From: Felis catus
Lineage: Eukaryota
DNA length: 64,000 nucleotides
Assembly: GCF_018350175.1 (NCBI RefSeq)
Contig: NC_058368.1
Location: 121,832,001 to 121,896,000 of the forward strand
Reading direction: 5' to 3'
Every line of letters begins with the position of its first letter. Position 1 is the stretch's first letter. Positions 38,599-52,072 of the stretch are shown one piece after another. Below the pieces are notes generated by a model that had not been told where the DNA came from, did no database searches, and saw only the letters and a program-made list of their open reading frames with translations. A program made the translations under genes and the position numbers.

Positions 38599-39580
38599 AT
38601 TATGCTGACCTACATGGTTTCCAACTAGCTTCTAAAACACAAAGACATCAGGAGCAGGAAAGAAGAGACCTGTGATGGAGAGAAGAACTTTGCTCCCTTG
38701 GTGAGGAAACACTCTTGATGACAATCCTAACAGTTCAGACTGAGGCACTGGGCAAGTGTCAGATTTGCCAACAGGGAGCTAGTGTGTCAGAGACCCCAAT
38801 GACAACTGCCAACAGTAATGACATCTATCATTTCTTGGTCCTCATGCTTTGCACACCTTATCCCATTTACTGCTCAAACTTTTCAGGGAGATATTCTCCC
38901 TGTCCTTATTGATGAGATAGACCAGGATAGGCTGAGTAGCCTTGCTCAGGATCACACAGCTAGTGAGCAGTAGATACAGGATTTACTATTACACTGTCTC
39001 CACAATCAGGCCTTCCCTCATTCTGTCAATATCATTTCTCTCTAATGTTCTCTCTGATGGGCTCTCTAATGTTCCATATGCCCCTGTGAGCTCCCACTTC
39101 TGTGCCTCGGCTCCTCCTTTTCTCCTCATGTATCCATCAAACCATCGTGGGATACTGGAAAGGACATCAGCCTGGGAGGGGAGGATGCTGTTGGAATCCA
39201 GGCTAGACACAAATTAGCCGCTCCTAATACCTACTCTGTTACATTGGGTGCTTTGCATATATTAACCTACTCAGTATTCACAGGTATTATTTCCCTTTTG
39301 GACAATCAGTCTGGTCAGTCAACTCAGGCATGGATCCTACTGTTGGTAGGAGGCATGACAAGGATTTTCACTTGGTCTGTTCCCAGCCTATGCTTTTAAC
39401 CTCTGATCTGCCTCTGATTTCAATGGCTGGACCACTCTCAGCTCTGTGGAACTATTTTCTTGTCTGTAATGTGAGTCAGGATTGTCTACCACGTGCCTCC
39501 CACCTCTCAGATGGTAAGATCTATGAATTCCAGTGATCTCGTCTTTTAATTTTCCTCTCCCAATTCCCAGTATTCTAGAC

Positions 39581-40083
39581 TAGCCTTCCCAAGGTGACTT
39601 CAGCAGAGCACTCAGGAATATGTCAGGGATTCTAGATTCTAAGGTCAAAAGAGCCTGGGAAACTCCTATTCAGTTTTGGGGGTTGACATTACAATTAGCC
39701 TATTAAAGGTGCTGAGAAGTCCTGCAGGCAGAGAAAAATGAATGATTCTTTAGGAATCCAGGTTTCTCAACTTTTTCACTATTGAATTTTGGACAGATAA
39801 TTCCCTGTTGTTGGGGCACTGAGGGATGTTTAGCAGCATCCCTGGCCTCTGCCCACTAAGTCTCCAAGCCCTGGGTGGGACAACAAAAAAGTCTTCAGAT
39901 ACTGTCAACTGTGGCCTGGGCTGGCATGACTGCTCCTGGTTGAGAATCACTGCTTTGTCCTGCCTTTAGATCTTACTGGATCACACCGTCTCCCTCCCCA
40001 CTGTTTTTGTTTGTTTGTTTGTTTTTTTGACAAATCGCTTGCAGTCCAGAGTTTCTCTAGTACAGAGTTCCTCTGGGGAACTG
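39581..40083. mobile_element. MER103-like hAT element split by MER20
   Basis: aaaggtgctgagaagtcctgcag hallmark; degenerate termini ttcccaaggtg and ctggggaactg. Confidence 0.5.
39758..39952 (-). mobile_element. MER20
   Basis: ggtttctcaac ... ggatgtttagcagcatccctggcctct ... ggttgagaatcactg. Confidence 0.85.
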
Positions 40084-41654
40084 CAATGCTATAGTCAAAA
40101 GCAACTGACACTTCTTTTAAGTTCTATAGGCTGCATGAGGTGTCCGGTGCAGAAAGAATTTTGTATTATAACATGAGCAGATATGAATATGTCTTCATGG
40201 GACGAAGAGTATTATTCTTCATGGTGCATAGCTCAGTGCTGTTCACCTGACAGAACTCAGATGACAGGGTAACCTAAGCCAGTATCAGAATCCTGGGGAA
40301 GAGGTGACATAACAAAACAGAGAAAGAATTAAGAAAACTGCTGAGTTCGGAGGAACCTAAAGCTAAGACCACCTATGTTACAACGGGGACAAAACCAAGC
40401 GGGAAGCATGTCACATGCCCGTGGTGGGCGGTGGGGACAAGAGAAGAGAGGCTAGAGGGAAACCAGTTTGAAAAGGTGGTTCCTGCATGTGGCTCCATGC
40501 ACTGGCCCGCACAGTAGACACTGCACAGGAGCTTACGGCCAGGGTGTGGGGGCTGAAGCCACAGGTGGTTCCAGGCTTGGCAGGCCTAGGATAAAGTCCA
40601 GCTCTGTGACTTATGAGTCGTGAAGTCTTGGACAAGTGACCTGCCTTCTTCCAAGCTTCATACTCCTTAGCTGTCACATGGAGATGAGAGGAGTGGCTAG
40701 CTACCTTATAGGGTGGCTGTGGGACAGATGAGATGGATCTTTCCTGGAGCACTTAGCGCCATGCCTGCACCCAGAATCACATGGAAGACGGCAGGGAACA
40801 AGCAGGTGGCGCTTAGGGCCGACGTGGTATTAAAGGAGTGTTTTTCCACTAGGGTCAGACTGTAAGTGCTACCAGTTATGAAATCGATTTCTAGGTCTTC
40901 TAACTGGACTGGAACCCAGGCACACAATAGCTTGTCTCTGGGTTATCACTTGGAACACACCTTCCTCGGTACAGGTGGCTGGGATTTGGTGCTAGACTTC
41001 ACTGTGACCTGGGTGTGGATGATTCAGGCAGAGGAGAGGGAGAATAAAGGAAACAAGGCAGGCAGACATGAAGGTCTGTTCATGACGAGAAGGGCACAGA
41101 CTCAAAATCACGCACGGGGTTTTAAATTGCTCACTTCTGCTGACATTTCTTCTGTGGAGAAGTGCAGCTGGCATGCTTCTGTGTTTGGAGACATGGCTGA
41201 CAATTTCCCCATAATGGGGACACAACTACAGAGTGAGGCAGATGGCAATTTTCCTTCAGAGATATGCAGGCAACAGTTTTGCCCCCGGAGAGAAAAGGCT
41301 TGGAAATTGAGATGCAAGGCAGTAATTTTTACTATACAGAAGACACATCCAATAATTTTTCCCAAAGAGAGAAACGGCCAATAATTTTCCCACGGAGGGT
41401 TGGAACTCCCATGGCCTGATAATGCTGGCCTTCATCCAGCTGAGGCCAGTGAGAGAAGAAGTGTAAGATTTAACTAGTGGCTACTATACTATCTCAGGCC
41501 TAATGACACAGTCCCCAGACATGGGCTGCAGAATGGGAAATGGGATCATATTAAGACTCGGAGGAGTCCGAATTGGCCAAGAGTGATGCCCAGTTAGTTG
41601 CCCTTAGCAATTTGCTGTTCTTAAAAAAATATTTCTGTGTGTATCATATTTTCT

Positions 41655-41883
41655 TTAAATGTTTTTTTATTAAATCTTTTTAATGTTTACTTGTTTTTGA
41701 GAGAGAGGGAGAGAGACAAGTGAGCAGGGGAGGGGGACAGAGAGAGGGAGACAGAATCCGAAGCAGGTTTCAGGCTCTGAGCTGTCAGCACAGAGCCCAA
41801 TGCGGGGCTCAAACGTACGGACTGTGAGATCATGACCTGGGCCACATTCAGAAGCTTAACTTCCTGAGCCACCCGGACACCCC
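41655..41883 (-). mobile_element. Can-SINE (SINEC_Fc)
   Basis: Typical body; TSD-like tagcaatttgct near 41605 and 41884. Confidence 0.9.
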
Positions 41884-42267
41884 TAGCAATTTGCTTTTTA
41901 TATAGCCCTTCATTAATTCTACAAATAATTGTTCAACAGTGAACACTGTAGCAACACAAGGCACAGCATCAGGGAGACTGAGCGATAAATCTAGAAGGAA
42001 TTACATTGGTTCCTGACTTTTGTATAACTTCTCAAAATACTTAAGCACGTATGATATTTCACAAATAGATCTTCTAATAAATAATCATACAGAGTTAAGA
42101 AATAACTTGTCAAAATTGTTTTGTCAACAACAAAATTGTTTCGTCAAAAAAGTTTTTTTCGGAGGGAGGAGAAATGAGACAGTCTGGTGGGATCTGATCT
42201 GGCTGCTGTGATCAGGGAAGGCTCAATAACAGCCTGAAGCTTGAGGGATCAGTAAGTACTAGGTATC

Positions 42268-42797
42268 TCAGAGGTCAACAAACCTCCCCTGTAAAGGGCC
42301 AGGTAGCAGCTATTTCAGGCTTTCAGGGCCATTTGGTCACTGTGACAGCCACTATGGTGTGAAAGCACACACCATATGTAAACAGATGACCGTGTATTCC
42401 CATAAAGCTCTCTTCATGGGTACTGAAATTTCATCTAATTTAAAAAAAAAATTTATTTTGAGAGAGAGAGCGCACACGTGCACACACACACACAAATGGA
42501 GGAGGGGCAGAGACAGAGGGAGAGAGAATCCCAAGCAGGCTCTGGGCTGTTAGCACAGAGCCTGACATGAGGCTCGATCCCATGACTGTGGGATCATGAC
42601 CTGAGCCATTATCAAGAGTTGGACACTTTAACCAGCAGAGCCACTCAGGCACCCCTCATCGAATTTTCACATGTCATAAAACAGTATGGTTCTTTTTCAC
42701 TTGTCCATTTAAAGATGCAAAATCCTCACTCTTCACTAGAGTTGAACAAAATGGGGTGGGCCAGATTTGGCCTGGAGACCATAGCCTGCTGACCCTT
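42268..42797. mobile_element. MER58B-like element interrupted by a Can-SINE
   Basis: cagaggtcaacaaac ... ctgtaaagggccaggtag ... aattttcacatgtcataaaa ... gctgacccttg. Confidence 0.75.
42442..42655 (-). mobile_element. Can-SINE
   Basis: TSD tcatctaattt / tcatcgaattt; SINE body and head intact. Confidence 0.9.
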
Positions 42798-43105
42798 GTA
42801 AGACACTGAGGGGATGGGGGTTGCTCCTAGGCTAGACAGGGTGATCAGCAGGAACAAGTGCATTTCAGGGGGATAGTGGGCTATGAGGACTCCTGCTGGC
42901 AGAGAGACATGGTGTGGAAAGCCTGCAGGATCAGATCATGGCTTAGTAACTGCAAATTGCTTTCTTCAGGTCTGCCAGGCTGGTACTGGAGAAGCAGATA
43001 GGCTTTGGAGTCAGACATATTTGGGCTAGAACTCATATAGGCCACACTGTCTTTTCTGATTTTCTGTAACTTTCTGAGACTCAGATTCCTTAAGATGCAG
43101 CTACT

Positions 43106-43297
43106 GGGGCGCCTGGGTGACTCAGTCGGTTAAACGTCGGGTTCTTGATTTTACCTCAGGTCGTGATCTCACGGTTCATGGGTTTGAGCTTTGCATCAAG
43201 CTCTGTGCTGTCAGCTGGGGGCCCACTTCAGATCTTCCGTCCACCTCCCCATCCCTTCCCCCCCTCTCTCTCTCTTAAAAATAAGCATTAAAAAATA
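43106..43297 (+). mobile_element. Can-SINE
   Basis: ggggcgcctgggtgactcagtcggttaaacgtc ... CT tract, A-rich tail. Imperfect TSD aagatgcagcta / aaaatgcagata. Confidence 0.9.
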
Positions 43298-43582
43298 AAA
43301 TGCAGATATTATTTTAAGAATCAAAAAGGAGAGAAGCTGGCAGGACATCTACAGTAGTGCCTGGCACACGGCCAGAAGTTAACAAATACTAGTATCACAC
43401 ACTATTCAACCAATGTTCACTGAGTGCCAATAGGTATAAGGCACTTTGACAGGTGCACGGGTTAGGGGGCAAGAGAGATGAGGACCCTGTGCTCTTTGGT
43501 TCTTTCTTCAACAAGGAGGGGGCCCCCTCCCTTATCATGCCTGAGAGCTTTTTATTAAAGAAAGAAAAGGTGCTTGTTGCTA

Positions 43583-44075
43583 TGTGGTAGGAAGAAAAGG
43601 CTCCCTGAGCCAAAGATGTCCACACCCTAATTCCTGGAAGCTGTGACTATCTTACAGGGCCAAAGGGAATTCAGGTGGATCATTACCTGACGTTAAGCTA
43701 GGGGAGAATATGCTAGATTATCTGGTTGCACCCTGTGTAACGACCAGGGGTCCTTATAAGGGAAAGAAGAGGCAGGAAAGTCCGTGTCAGAGGGATGCAA
43801 TAGAACAAAGTCTCCGCCACCAACTCTGGCTCAGAAACTGGAGGAAAGGGGCCGGGAGCCACGGGATGGGGGCTGCCTCTAGAATCTGGAAGAGGCAAGA
43901 GAACAGATTCCCCCCCACAGCCTCCAGAAGACAACACAGCCTTGCAGACACCTTGATGTTAGCTCAGACACATTTTGGACTTGTGACCTTCAGAACTATA
44001 AGTCTGTATTGCTGAAGGTCACTACATTTACTACGTTTGTGGTAATTTGTTACGGGGGCAATAGGAAATTGACAC
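43583..44075 (+). mobile_element. MLT1D-like solo LTR
   Basis: tgtggtagg ... caaagatgtccacaccctaattcctggaa ... ggtaatttgttacgggggcaataggaaa. Confidence 0.82.
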
Positions 44076-45097
44076 TCCACTTTCCTCAAATTATCAACAG
44101 TGGAAGGGGACAGAGTGTGCATGCTCTCTTGCCCAACCGGTCTCTGGGAAGCTAGTGTGATGTCCCTGGGCCTGGTGGCAGCTCTCTCTCCCCCTGTGGG
44201 TCCCCGAGATGCCCACTCCTTTTCAGCAGCTGCTCCTCCAGAGCTGGCCTGGCAAGCAAGCCAGCACGGGTGGTGACGGGTTTGCTGCTTTCAAGGGAGT
44301 TGGTGAGCCACCACGGCTCAGCCACCGTCTCCTCCCTGCGTTTCTGCCACTGCCCTGCTGCTGCTGTACCCACAGGCTGACACAGTCCAGGGAAACCAGA
44401 ACACAGCAGCTGCCAAGATAGCAAGCCAGGTGGCCCAGACTCCATGAGGATTTAGCAGAACATGAGACTACATGTGGTCCCACTGAGTGCTGGATAGTTC
44501 TTCCCAAAGCAATGCCCCCTCACTGCAAGACACCTACGGTGACTCCCCACTGCCACTAGCCAGTAGTCCCACCTCTTCTGCCTGGCATTCAGGGCCCTTC
44601 GTATCAAGCCTGAGATCGGCACTGCAATGTTACTGACCCTTTCTCTTCTGTTCAAAGACTCCACAGTGGCCTCACTGGCCTACTCTTCATTTGCACTGAA
44701 GTCAGAGAGCGCCTCCCTCCAGTGGCCAGGCACACAGTGATAGAGATGAAGCACGTACGGGCTTACAACAAGAAGTGGCAGGGACTGTGGCAAACTATAG
44801 TGTCCACAACCTATAAAGAGGGCCGCTTCCATTCAGCTCTAGTCAATGGCTGCCATGTGGGAATGTGGGTCCAGCAGAGTCAGACCATCTCATTTGTAAA
44901 GCCCAGATTTTTCTGAAGAATCTAGATGTTTCAATGTTAGCAACGAATTAAAAAATTGTAGCGTGTGGTCAAACAAAATTCACATTTCAGCCACATGGGT
45001 TGTGGCTTGTGGTCTGTGGTTTACGCGCTGTAATAACGATGACCAATGTTTATGGAACACTCAGCAGGTGCTAGCATTTGATGCACGCTCACCCCTC

Positions 45098-45658
45098 CCT
45101 GACTTAGCGTGGACTGCTTCTGCAGAATAGAATAGATGGGAGGCTTATTAATAACACAAACTGCTCATAGTTCCCTTTTTTTTTTAAGGAGAGAGTGAGA
45201 GTGTGCGAGCGGGAGAAAGCGGCGGAGGGAAAGAGAAAGAGAATCTTAGAATCTTAAGCAGGCTTCACACTCAACCGGGAGTTTGATGCGGGGCTTGATC
45301 CCATGACCTGGGGATCATGACCTGAATCAAAATCAAGAGTCATATGCTCAACCCACTAACACCCAGATGTCCCCACGTGCTCACAGTTCTAGAGGCTGCA
45401 AATTTGAGAATAAGGTGCCACCAAGATCAGGCTCTGGTGAGGGCCCCCTTTTGGGTTGCAGCCAACCACGGTCTTGTATCCATATGACAGAGAGGGTGAC
45501 AGAGCTCTCTGGGGGCGGGCTCATTTATCAGGGCATGAATCCCTATGTGTGGGCTCTATCCTTGTGATGTAATTACCTGCTAAGGGCGCCACTTTCACAT
45601 TGGGGGTTAGGATTTCAACATATGAATTCTGAAGGAATACATCCAGTCCAGAATAGCA
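45098..45658 (-). mobile_element. MLT1A-like LTR with a Can-SINE inserted at about 45176-45375
   Basis: TSD tgctcatagttc / tgctcacagttc around the SINE; LTR end gttaggatttcaacatatgaatt. Confidence 0.8.
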
Positions 45659-48600
45659 CCTCTCTCTGCCCCTCCCGTGCGTCCTTTTCCACCTTCAGGG
45701 CTCACTGTCTCTTCCAAGAAACCTTCTTTGACCACTTCAGCCCACTATGTACTTTCCTTCCTCTTGCTGGGTATTTTGGCCACCCTCTCTATTTTCCTGT
45801 TATTTAAAAAACATACATATTTGTTCAGGATTCACAAGGAGCTAAGCAGTCCTAGTGTGGGAGCGGGGGAGGGGGGGCAGGTCCCACAGAAGGGGAGCCG
45901 TACTGATGGCAGATGTGGTACCCGCCAGGCACTGTCCAGGGTAAGAATGGTCTGCATCTCCCAGCTGAGGAATCGGGGGCCAGAGAGACTGGGACCACGT
46001 GCTCCCTGAGTAAGGACAGCATCTTAGAGCCTCATTAGCTCTGGGGTTAGGCATTTATCATAAGGGGCCTCAGCTGGAATCTGTGATCTAAAGAGAGGGG
46101 AGGTGAGAATCTGTGTTTGGCTGAGGGCGTACCTGCCAATCTAAAGGCTGAATTTGGGATAACATCCACAGACAAGTTTATTAATTGGGCCTGTTTGTCC
46201 TTCCTTTGTGAGGATTAATCACTTATTAGCCAAGTGGGGCTGGTGCCTTTCTGAGAACTGTCATTCTGGAAAGATGTCGATCGGAGATTTCTGAGCACAT
46301 TCTCTCCAGCCCGCAGCAGTAAAAGGAGGCGGCTCCCATCCAGACAAGATGACAACTTGGCAGTGGGTGTCTCGACAGGAGCCTAATGAAGAAATCTGCT
46401 AACAGTGAGGCCTGGCTTTTCAAGTGCTTATATTTGTTTTTCCCCCTCCAGTATAACCTCTCCGGGTTATACTGGGTGAATGGCAAAGGCACCGGCGGGT
46501 CCTTATGCCTCCCACTGTGGAAGTACACGGTCCTCTAGCCACTGGGCTTCCGGAACAAAATGGCTGTGTCCGCAGGCCCCTGGGCCCACTCCATACGTGA
46601 CAGGTTAGAGACTTCTTATCTCCCTGATTCTCTCTCCCTCTCTCTTTCTCTTTCAAAATTTGTTCCCAGCAGGAGTCTTGGTGCAGCTGCTCTGAGAGAA
46701 GCTTGTGCTCCCCGGGGAGCCTCCGCCCAAATGGAAGGGACTGTGAATGTGTGGTGTGTGGTCGTTATTAGGGGTGACTGCTGGACAGCTGGTTGTCATG
46801 GCACCACAGACGCCAGGGCTGCATTCCCAAGATGTCACCATTTTCCAGGCTGGATACATAATCACTGCAATAAGAGGCATCAACACGGAGAGGGAGAGAG
46901 GGGCGGCTCCCTGCTGACAGTAATCTCCTTGCAGAGCAAGGAGAGGGGTTCACGGCTGAGCAGGGCGGTCCAGCCAGACATGGGCCAAGCAACGCATGGA
47001 GAGAAACCTGGAAGCAGGCTGGTTATTGCTTCATACTGGTGTTCTCACAGCTCCAGTGCCACGCCTGTGTTCCCAGCACTGCTTTCTACACAAAAACAAT
47101 GTTCCCAACCCGCTGACAGTTGGACCCGTGTCTTGAATGTTCCTGGAGCATGCATATATGGTGTACTAACAGCTGCTGTGTTGGAGTACATCTGCCAGGC
47201 CCTGTGCTAAACTCTACATAAGTAGACAGTCCATTCCATTCTCATGACATTTCTGTTTTCCAGATGAAGAAATGAGGCTCTGACCATTGTCTGCCGCCAC
47301 ACAGAGGCACAGCTAGACTATAAACCCAGCCTCACCTCTCTGGGCCACTATTGGTCCAGACTACTACTGTTCTCTGGTCCCATGATGAGAAAGGGCAACC
47401 CTTCAATCTGCAGACGATGGACAGCAGAGCACAGGGTCCATTAAAATGACTCAGAATGGTCTAACCAATCACTGTGTGCTCTCACCAATCACAGAGCATT
47501 AACCAGAGTGGAGCTGTCTCTTTATAGACCTAACGCAGAACGCTAGGGGTAATGTGGAGAAGAGTCACCAGATTTGCTGAGCACATCTTTACCTGCCAGC
47601 CACCCTGCTCTCCTATTCCTCACACATACTATCACCACATGGGCTCCCCCTCCCCTCCAAGGAGCCTCCAGGACCTCGAAGCCTCTGTGCTCTGATGCAA
47701 AGAGAGAACACGTTTTGCTATCACTGTAGAAAATAAAGGCTGTGACCCGCAGCAAGCACTTTTGCTTAATGACTTGGACATGGGGAATGAGGGACACTCT
47801 GTATCCTGTTCTCATTTTGAATTTGGCCAAAACCTAAGCGATGTCTTCACGGTTACTCACGCTCTTCCCTGCAGGACACTCTAGGCGCCCGCTCAGTAGG
47901 TGCGCAGGAAGCATGGTAGCCTGGTAAGGTTGATTTCCTAAAAGCCAGACCTTGCCAGTGGAATGCCTGAGCCCTTCCCTGCTGTTCCAGGACCCGGCTT
48001 ACCCAGCCACCACCCCCTCTGGCCTGGTAAGGCAACGGTGGGAAGTATTTCTAGGCATCCTTTCTCAACAACTTCAGCCACAGGCTGCAGACCTGGTTTG
48101 AATCTAGGTTCTACCTATGACTAGACCTTTGACTTTGCATAAATTATTTGCTGTTTTTGAGTCTCTGTTTTCTCAACTATAAGTCTCAGCTCATGGATTG
48201 TTGGGATAAGAACAAAATACTAATAAATACTGAGTGCTTTCTGTGGGCCAGGCTTTATCTCACTACACCCTCATCACAGTCATATAATGCAGGCTCCAGT
48301 ATTGTCCCCATTTGTGGAGGGAGACACCGAGGCTTACAGAGGTAAAGTGCCAGAAGTTAGGTGCACATTATCCACACCAGGTTTGACTGACCCTAGAGCC
48401 AACGCTGTTGATCACTGTAGTTGACATCCTCTCTCTATCCTCATTAAAGCCTGGTTTCCAAACCACAAGAGTCTCACCAATACCTATAACTAGCCTTTAT
48501 GGTTTACCTTCAGGAACTTCAACAGAGCTGGGAACCCAATGTCAGAAAGCTTTTAGGTGGCCACTCTGGTCTACTGCTTCCTCTTCTACTCCCTGTCCCC

Positions 48601-49008
48601 TCTTCTCCCTCCCACTGACACCCTGCCCCCCATCTCCTTCTGGACGGCTGATGAACAAGCAATCACTTCTTTCCCTGAACTTTGAGAACAGAGCTCTTAA
48701 GGTCTGATCAGGACACAAAAGTCAGAACATCACAAGACATTACACTATCACCCTTAAAGCTGCTTATTATATATACCTTGGTATTAAATAATACATGATT
48801 TTGTACTACAGTCTGTTATTCAGACCACAAATGTTGCAGGAAAACTTCTAGGAGGAAAGCATAAAACTGAGAATTCTGAGTTTTAGCTCTTTTGACTTTC
48901 TAACACCCTGATGCCTTCATTTATGTACTTGGCTTCAGAAGCACAGCACTAGTGTCCTGTGAGACACACACTACATTCTAGCTGTCTTTTACAAACAGGT
49001 CTCCTATT

Positions 49009-49045
49009 ATTCATTCGTTCATTCATTCACTCATTCATTCATTCA
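49009..49045. repeat. (ATTC)n tract, probably an antisense L2 tail
   Basis: ttcattcgttcattcattcactcattcattcattcac. Confidence 0.8.
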
Positions 49046-51569
49046 CTGAACATGATTTACTACGCAGGATATGTCAGGTGCTGTTCAAGGAATGCTTCTG
49101 CTACTTAATGACTTCCTTAGGTGCAAGCAATCATGTGCTGTATTAACACACATTTGTATTTCAGTGGCTCTACAACGACATGAATAAGAAGAATCTCAGT
49201 AAGTAGGGACTGAAAACTGCTATGATTTAGAACTTTGGGGGAACACCCAGGATACAATGAGGATGGCATCTGGCGTTGCAGTTCATTTTGACAATGTAAC
49301 ATGATATTCAGCATAAATACTACGTAGTCAGTGTTTTCTCTCTTGGACACTGGAAATCTAAATTTCACATTCAATTTTAAATGAACTCTATGTTAGAAAC
49401 ATTTCATAGTTTCACATCCTCTTGTCTGAGATAAGTACACGGAGCCAGAAACCGCAACTTACACGTCTGTCTTTCTCACTGTGCTTGGCACAATACCTTA
49501 CTTACATTTATTGACTGGTTCCTTGCTTTGTGTGAGTCTCACCATCTTTTTTTCTTAAGCTGGGTGATCCCATTTTCTGATATGTAAACTCTTCAATGAC
49601 AATTTCATTACATTATGGGGATTTTGAAACGATACCAAAATTTCAGGATGAATTAGTCGACCCCAGGATTAAGGATGCCCATCCATAAGAAAAATCCTAT
49701 TTAAATTCTTATGTTCAGGTTAAAGATGTAAGAAAAGATATAAGCAAGTATCATTACAAGCTTTGTGGGGGTGAGGCTTCCCCTGCCCTCTGGCTGCCTC
49801 TGGGCTGTGCTTGAGGACCATGGGAGGCCAGCAGGTGCTTTGAGTAATTCCGCAGATAAAGGGACTCGCACTGATGGGGCTGGATGCTGCGTGAGTGGAC
49901 AGCAGATCTCACAACTCAGTTATTGATGCCACCTACTGAGCTGTCAAAATAGAATTATGTGAACTGCACAGGGGGCTCGAATTAGCCGATATACTTAAAC
50001 GTGGGTCAATTACACACACGAGAGATTCCCCATTCCCTTCTCTATCCTTCAGTGCTGGGCAAGTACTACTGAAGGTGGTTGTATTCATTATAGGAAGAAA
50101 TAAACCCATGATAAAGCCATGATCTTTGTTGGTGTATTAGCCTTAACTTTTCTGGGTTCTCATTTCCTCAAGCTGCAAAAAGGAAGAAAGAGTCTGAACT
50201 CACAGGGTTGTGTGAGGATCCATAAGGTAACAAACAGAAAGGGCTCTGTAAATGGTGAAGTGCTAAACAGCAGAAGGTAGCAATATAATCATTTATGCTT
50301 TTTTTTTTCTTACAGGAATCTGTGAGTCCACGGAATTTGTGAGTTTCTTCCCGAAACTGTCTTTCCACTAGTCTATGTCAGCTCATTCACTGCTCTCCAT
50401 CGGGGCATGTGCTTAGACCAAAAAGCTGGGCATCATCAGCATTCTTCCCTTTACCTCACCTTCCAGACCTAGATTTCAAACAAGTCCTGTTAACTCTACG
50501 CTCAAAGCACAGCCTGTATCGGGCCAGTCTTCATGTAAGCTGCTACTATCTCTTGCCTGGACCGTTTGCTGCCTTTCTAATTCTTCTCCCATCATCTACT
50601 CTTCCTCCTCATGTTTCTTTTACATAGAGTGATATATTTACAAGTCCACGCATGACACTCCTTTGCACAAGCCCTCCTAGATTTCTCCCTCCTACATACA
50701 TAAAAGCCAAATGCCTTACCTTTGCCCTACAGGGCTACCAAGTTGCCTGACTCCTGAGCCCTGTGCATGGAATACAATGGGAGTGAGGCCTGGGGGTTGT
50801 GTGGGGGTGACTCCTGAGTCCAAGTGATCCCCCAAGGACCTCTAGTGACTTCTCACTATAGTCCTCAGTGACCTGGGCTACCAGCCAGCTCCTTCTAGTT
50901 CCCCGCATGCTGCTCCCTTACACCAAAGACAGACAAGTTGGTCTCCTTTCTGCCCCTGCCAAGCACAACCTACCAAGCACAGTTCAGATTCAGAGCCTCT
51001 GCATTTGCTGCTGCTACTTCTCCAGAAACACTTTTCACCAAATCCTGCATTATCTTGTTTGCCTTTGTGGCTGTGCTTGTTGTCAATCCATCTACTTGGA
51101 TAGCGTGCCATGAGGGCAGGAAGCATCATTTTCCTACCTCCTGGAACAGAGCCTGACATAGAGTAGCAACACTCAATATTTGTTAAATAAATGAATAGTG
51201 GGTTGATTACCATCATTTCACAGACTCCTCCTCTTCCCTTTATTTTGCCTACCTACAAATGCCGTGCATTCCCAACACTAGAAATGAGTGAACACAGATG
51301 GAGTCAACCACTCTGTAGTGTGAGCCTTTTCAGTTGAATAAAGAGAAGCCCCGGGTGCAAATTTATCAAGCTCCATGACTATAGCTGTTCTACAAGCATG
51401 TGTTTAGCACCTTCACTATGCGAAGTGCAAAAGGGACAAATAAAGAGTTTCAGCCATAATGGAGGAAGCTTTTAGTGGGAGAGACAGGAATGGAAACAGA
51501 TAACTTCAACCAATAGTATCAGGTGGTCAGGTGGAGGGCACTTAGTCCTACTTGGTGAAATTTGAAGAA

Positions 51570-52072
51570 TATGGTAGGCAGAATAATGTCTCCTCAAGGA
51601 GGTCCACATCCTAATCCCCAGAACTCAAGAATATTTTACCTTTCATGGCAGGGAATTAAGATTGTAAATGGAATTCAGGCAGCGAATCAGGTGACTTTAA
51701 AATAAGATTAGTTTAGATTACCTGGATGGATGCCATGAATCCTAAAAGTCCTCACAAGTGGAAGAAGAAGGTGGGAGAGCAAAGTCAGAGTGATGTGATG
51801 AGGTAAGGACTCGTCCCACTGTTGCTGGCTATCAGATAAAGGGGCCATAAGCCAAGGAAAGGGGGATAGCCTCTTAGAAGTTCAAACAACAAGATGTGGA
51901 TCCCCCCACCCAGAGCCTCCAAAGCAACACAGCCCTGCCAACACCTTAATTTTAGCCCATTAGACCCCATACTAGACTTCTGACCTACAGAACAATTAGA
52001 TGATTCATTTATGTTGTATTTCGTCATGAAATTTGTGGTGATTTGCTATAGCAGCCACAGGAAACTAACACA
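51570..52072 (+). mobile_element. MLT1D/E-like solo LTR
   Basis: ggtaggcagaataatg ... gtccacatcctaatcccc ... acttctgacctacagaac ... gcagccacaggaaactaacaca. Confidence 0.82.

Noticed and set aside
40866..41384. 172-aa ORF
   Set aside because: Non-ATG start, no family resemblance, no splice or promoter support.
42107..42150. 20-bp tandem duplication caaaattgtttYgtcaa
   Set aside because: Ordinary slippage-type duplication in AT-rich DNA with no sign of function.
46560..47210. Longest ORF in the track (216 aa, plus strand)
   Set aside because: Antisense to PPP2R2B, runs through a CT microsatellite, has no recognisable domain; a chance ORF in GC-richer DNA.
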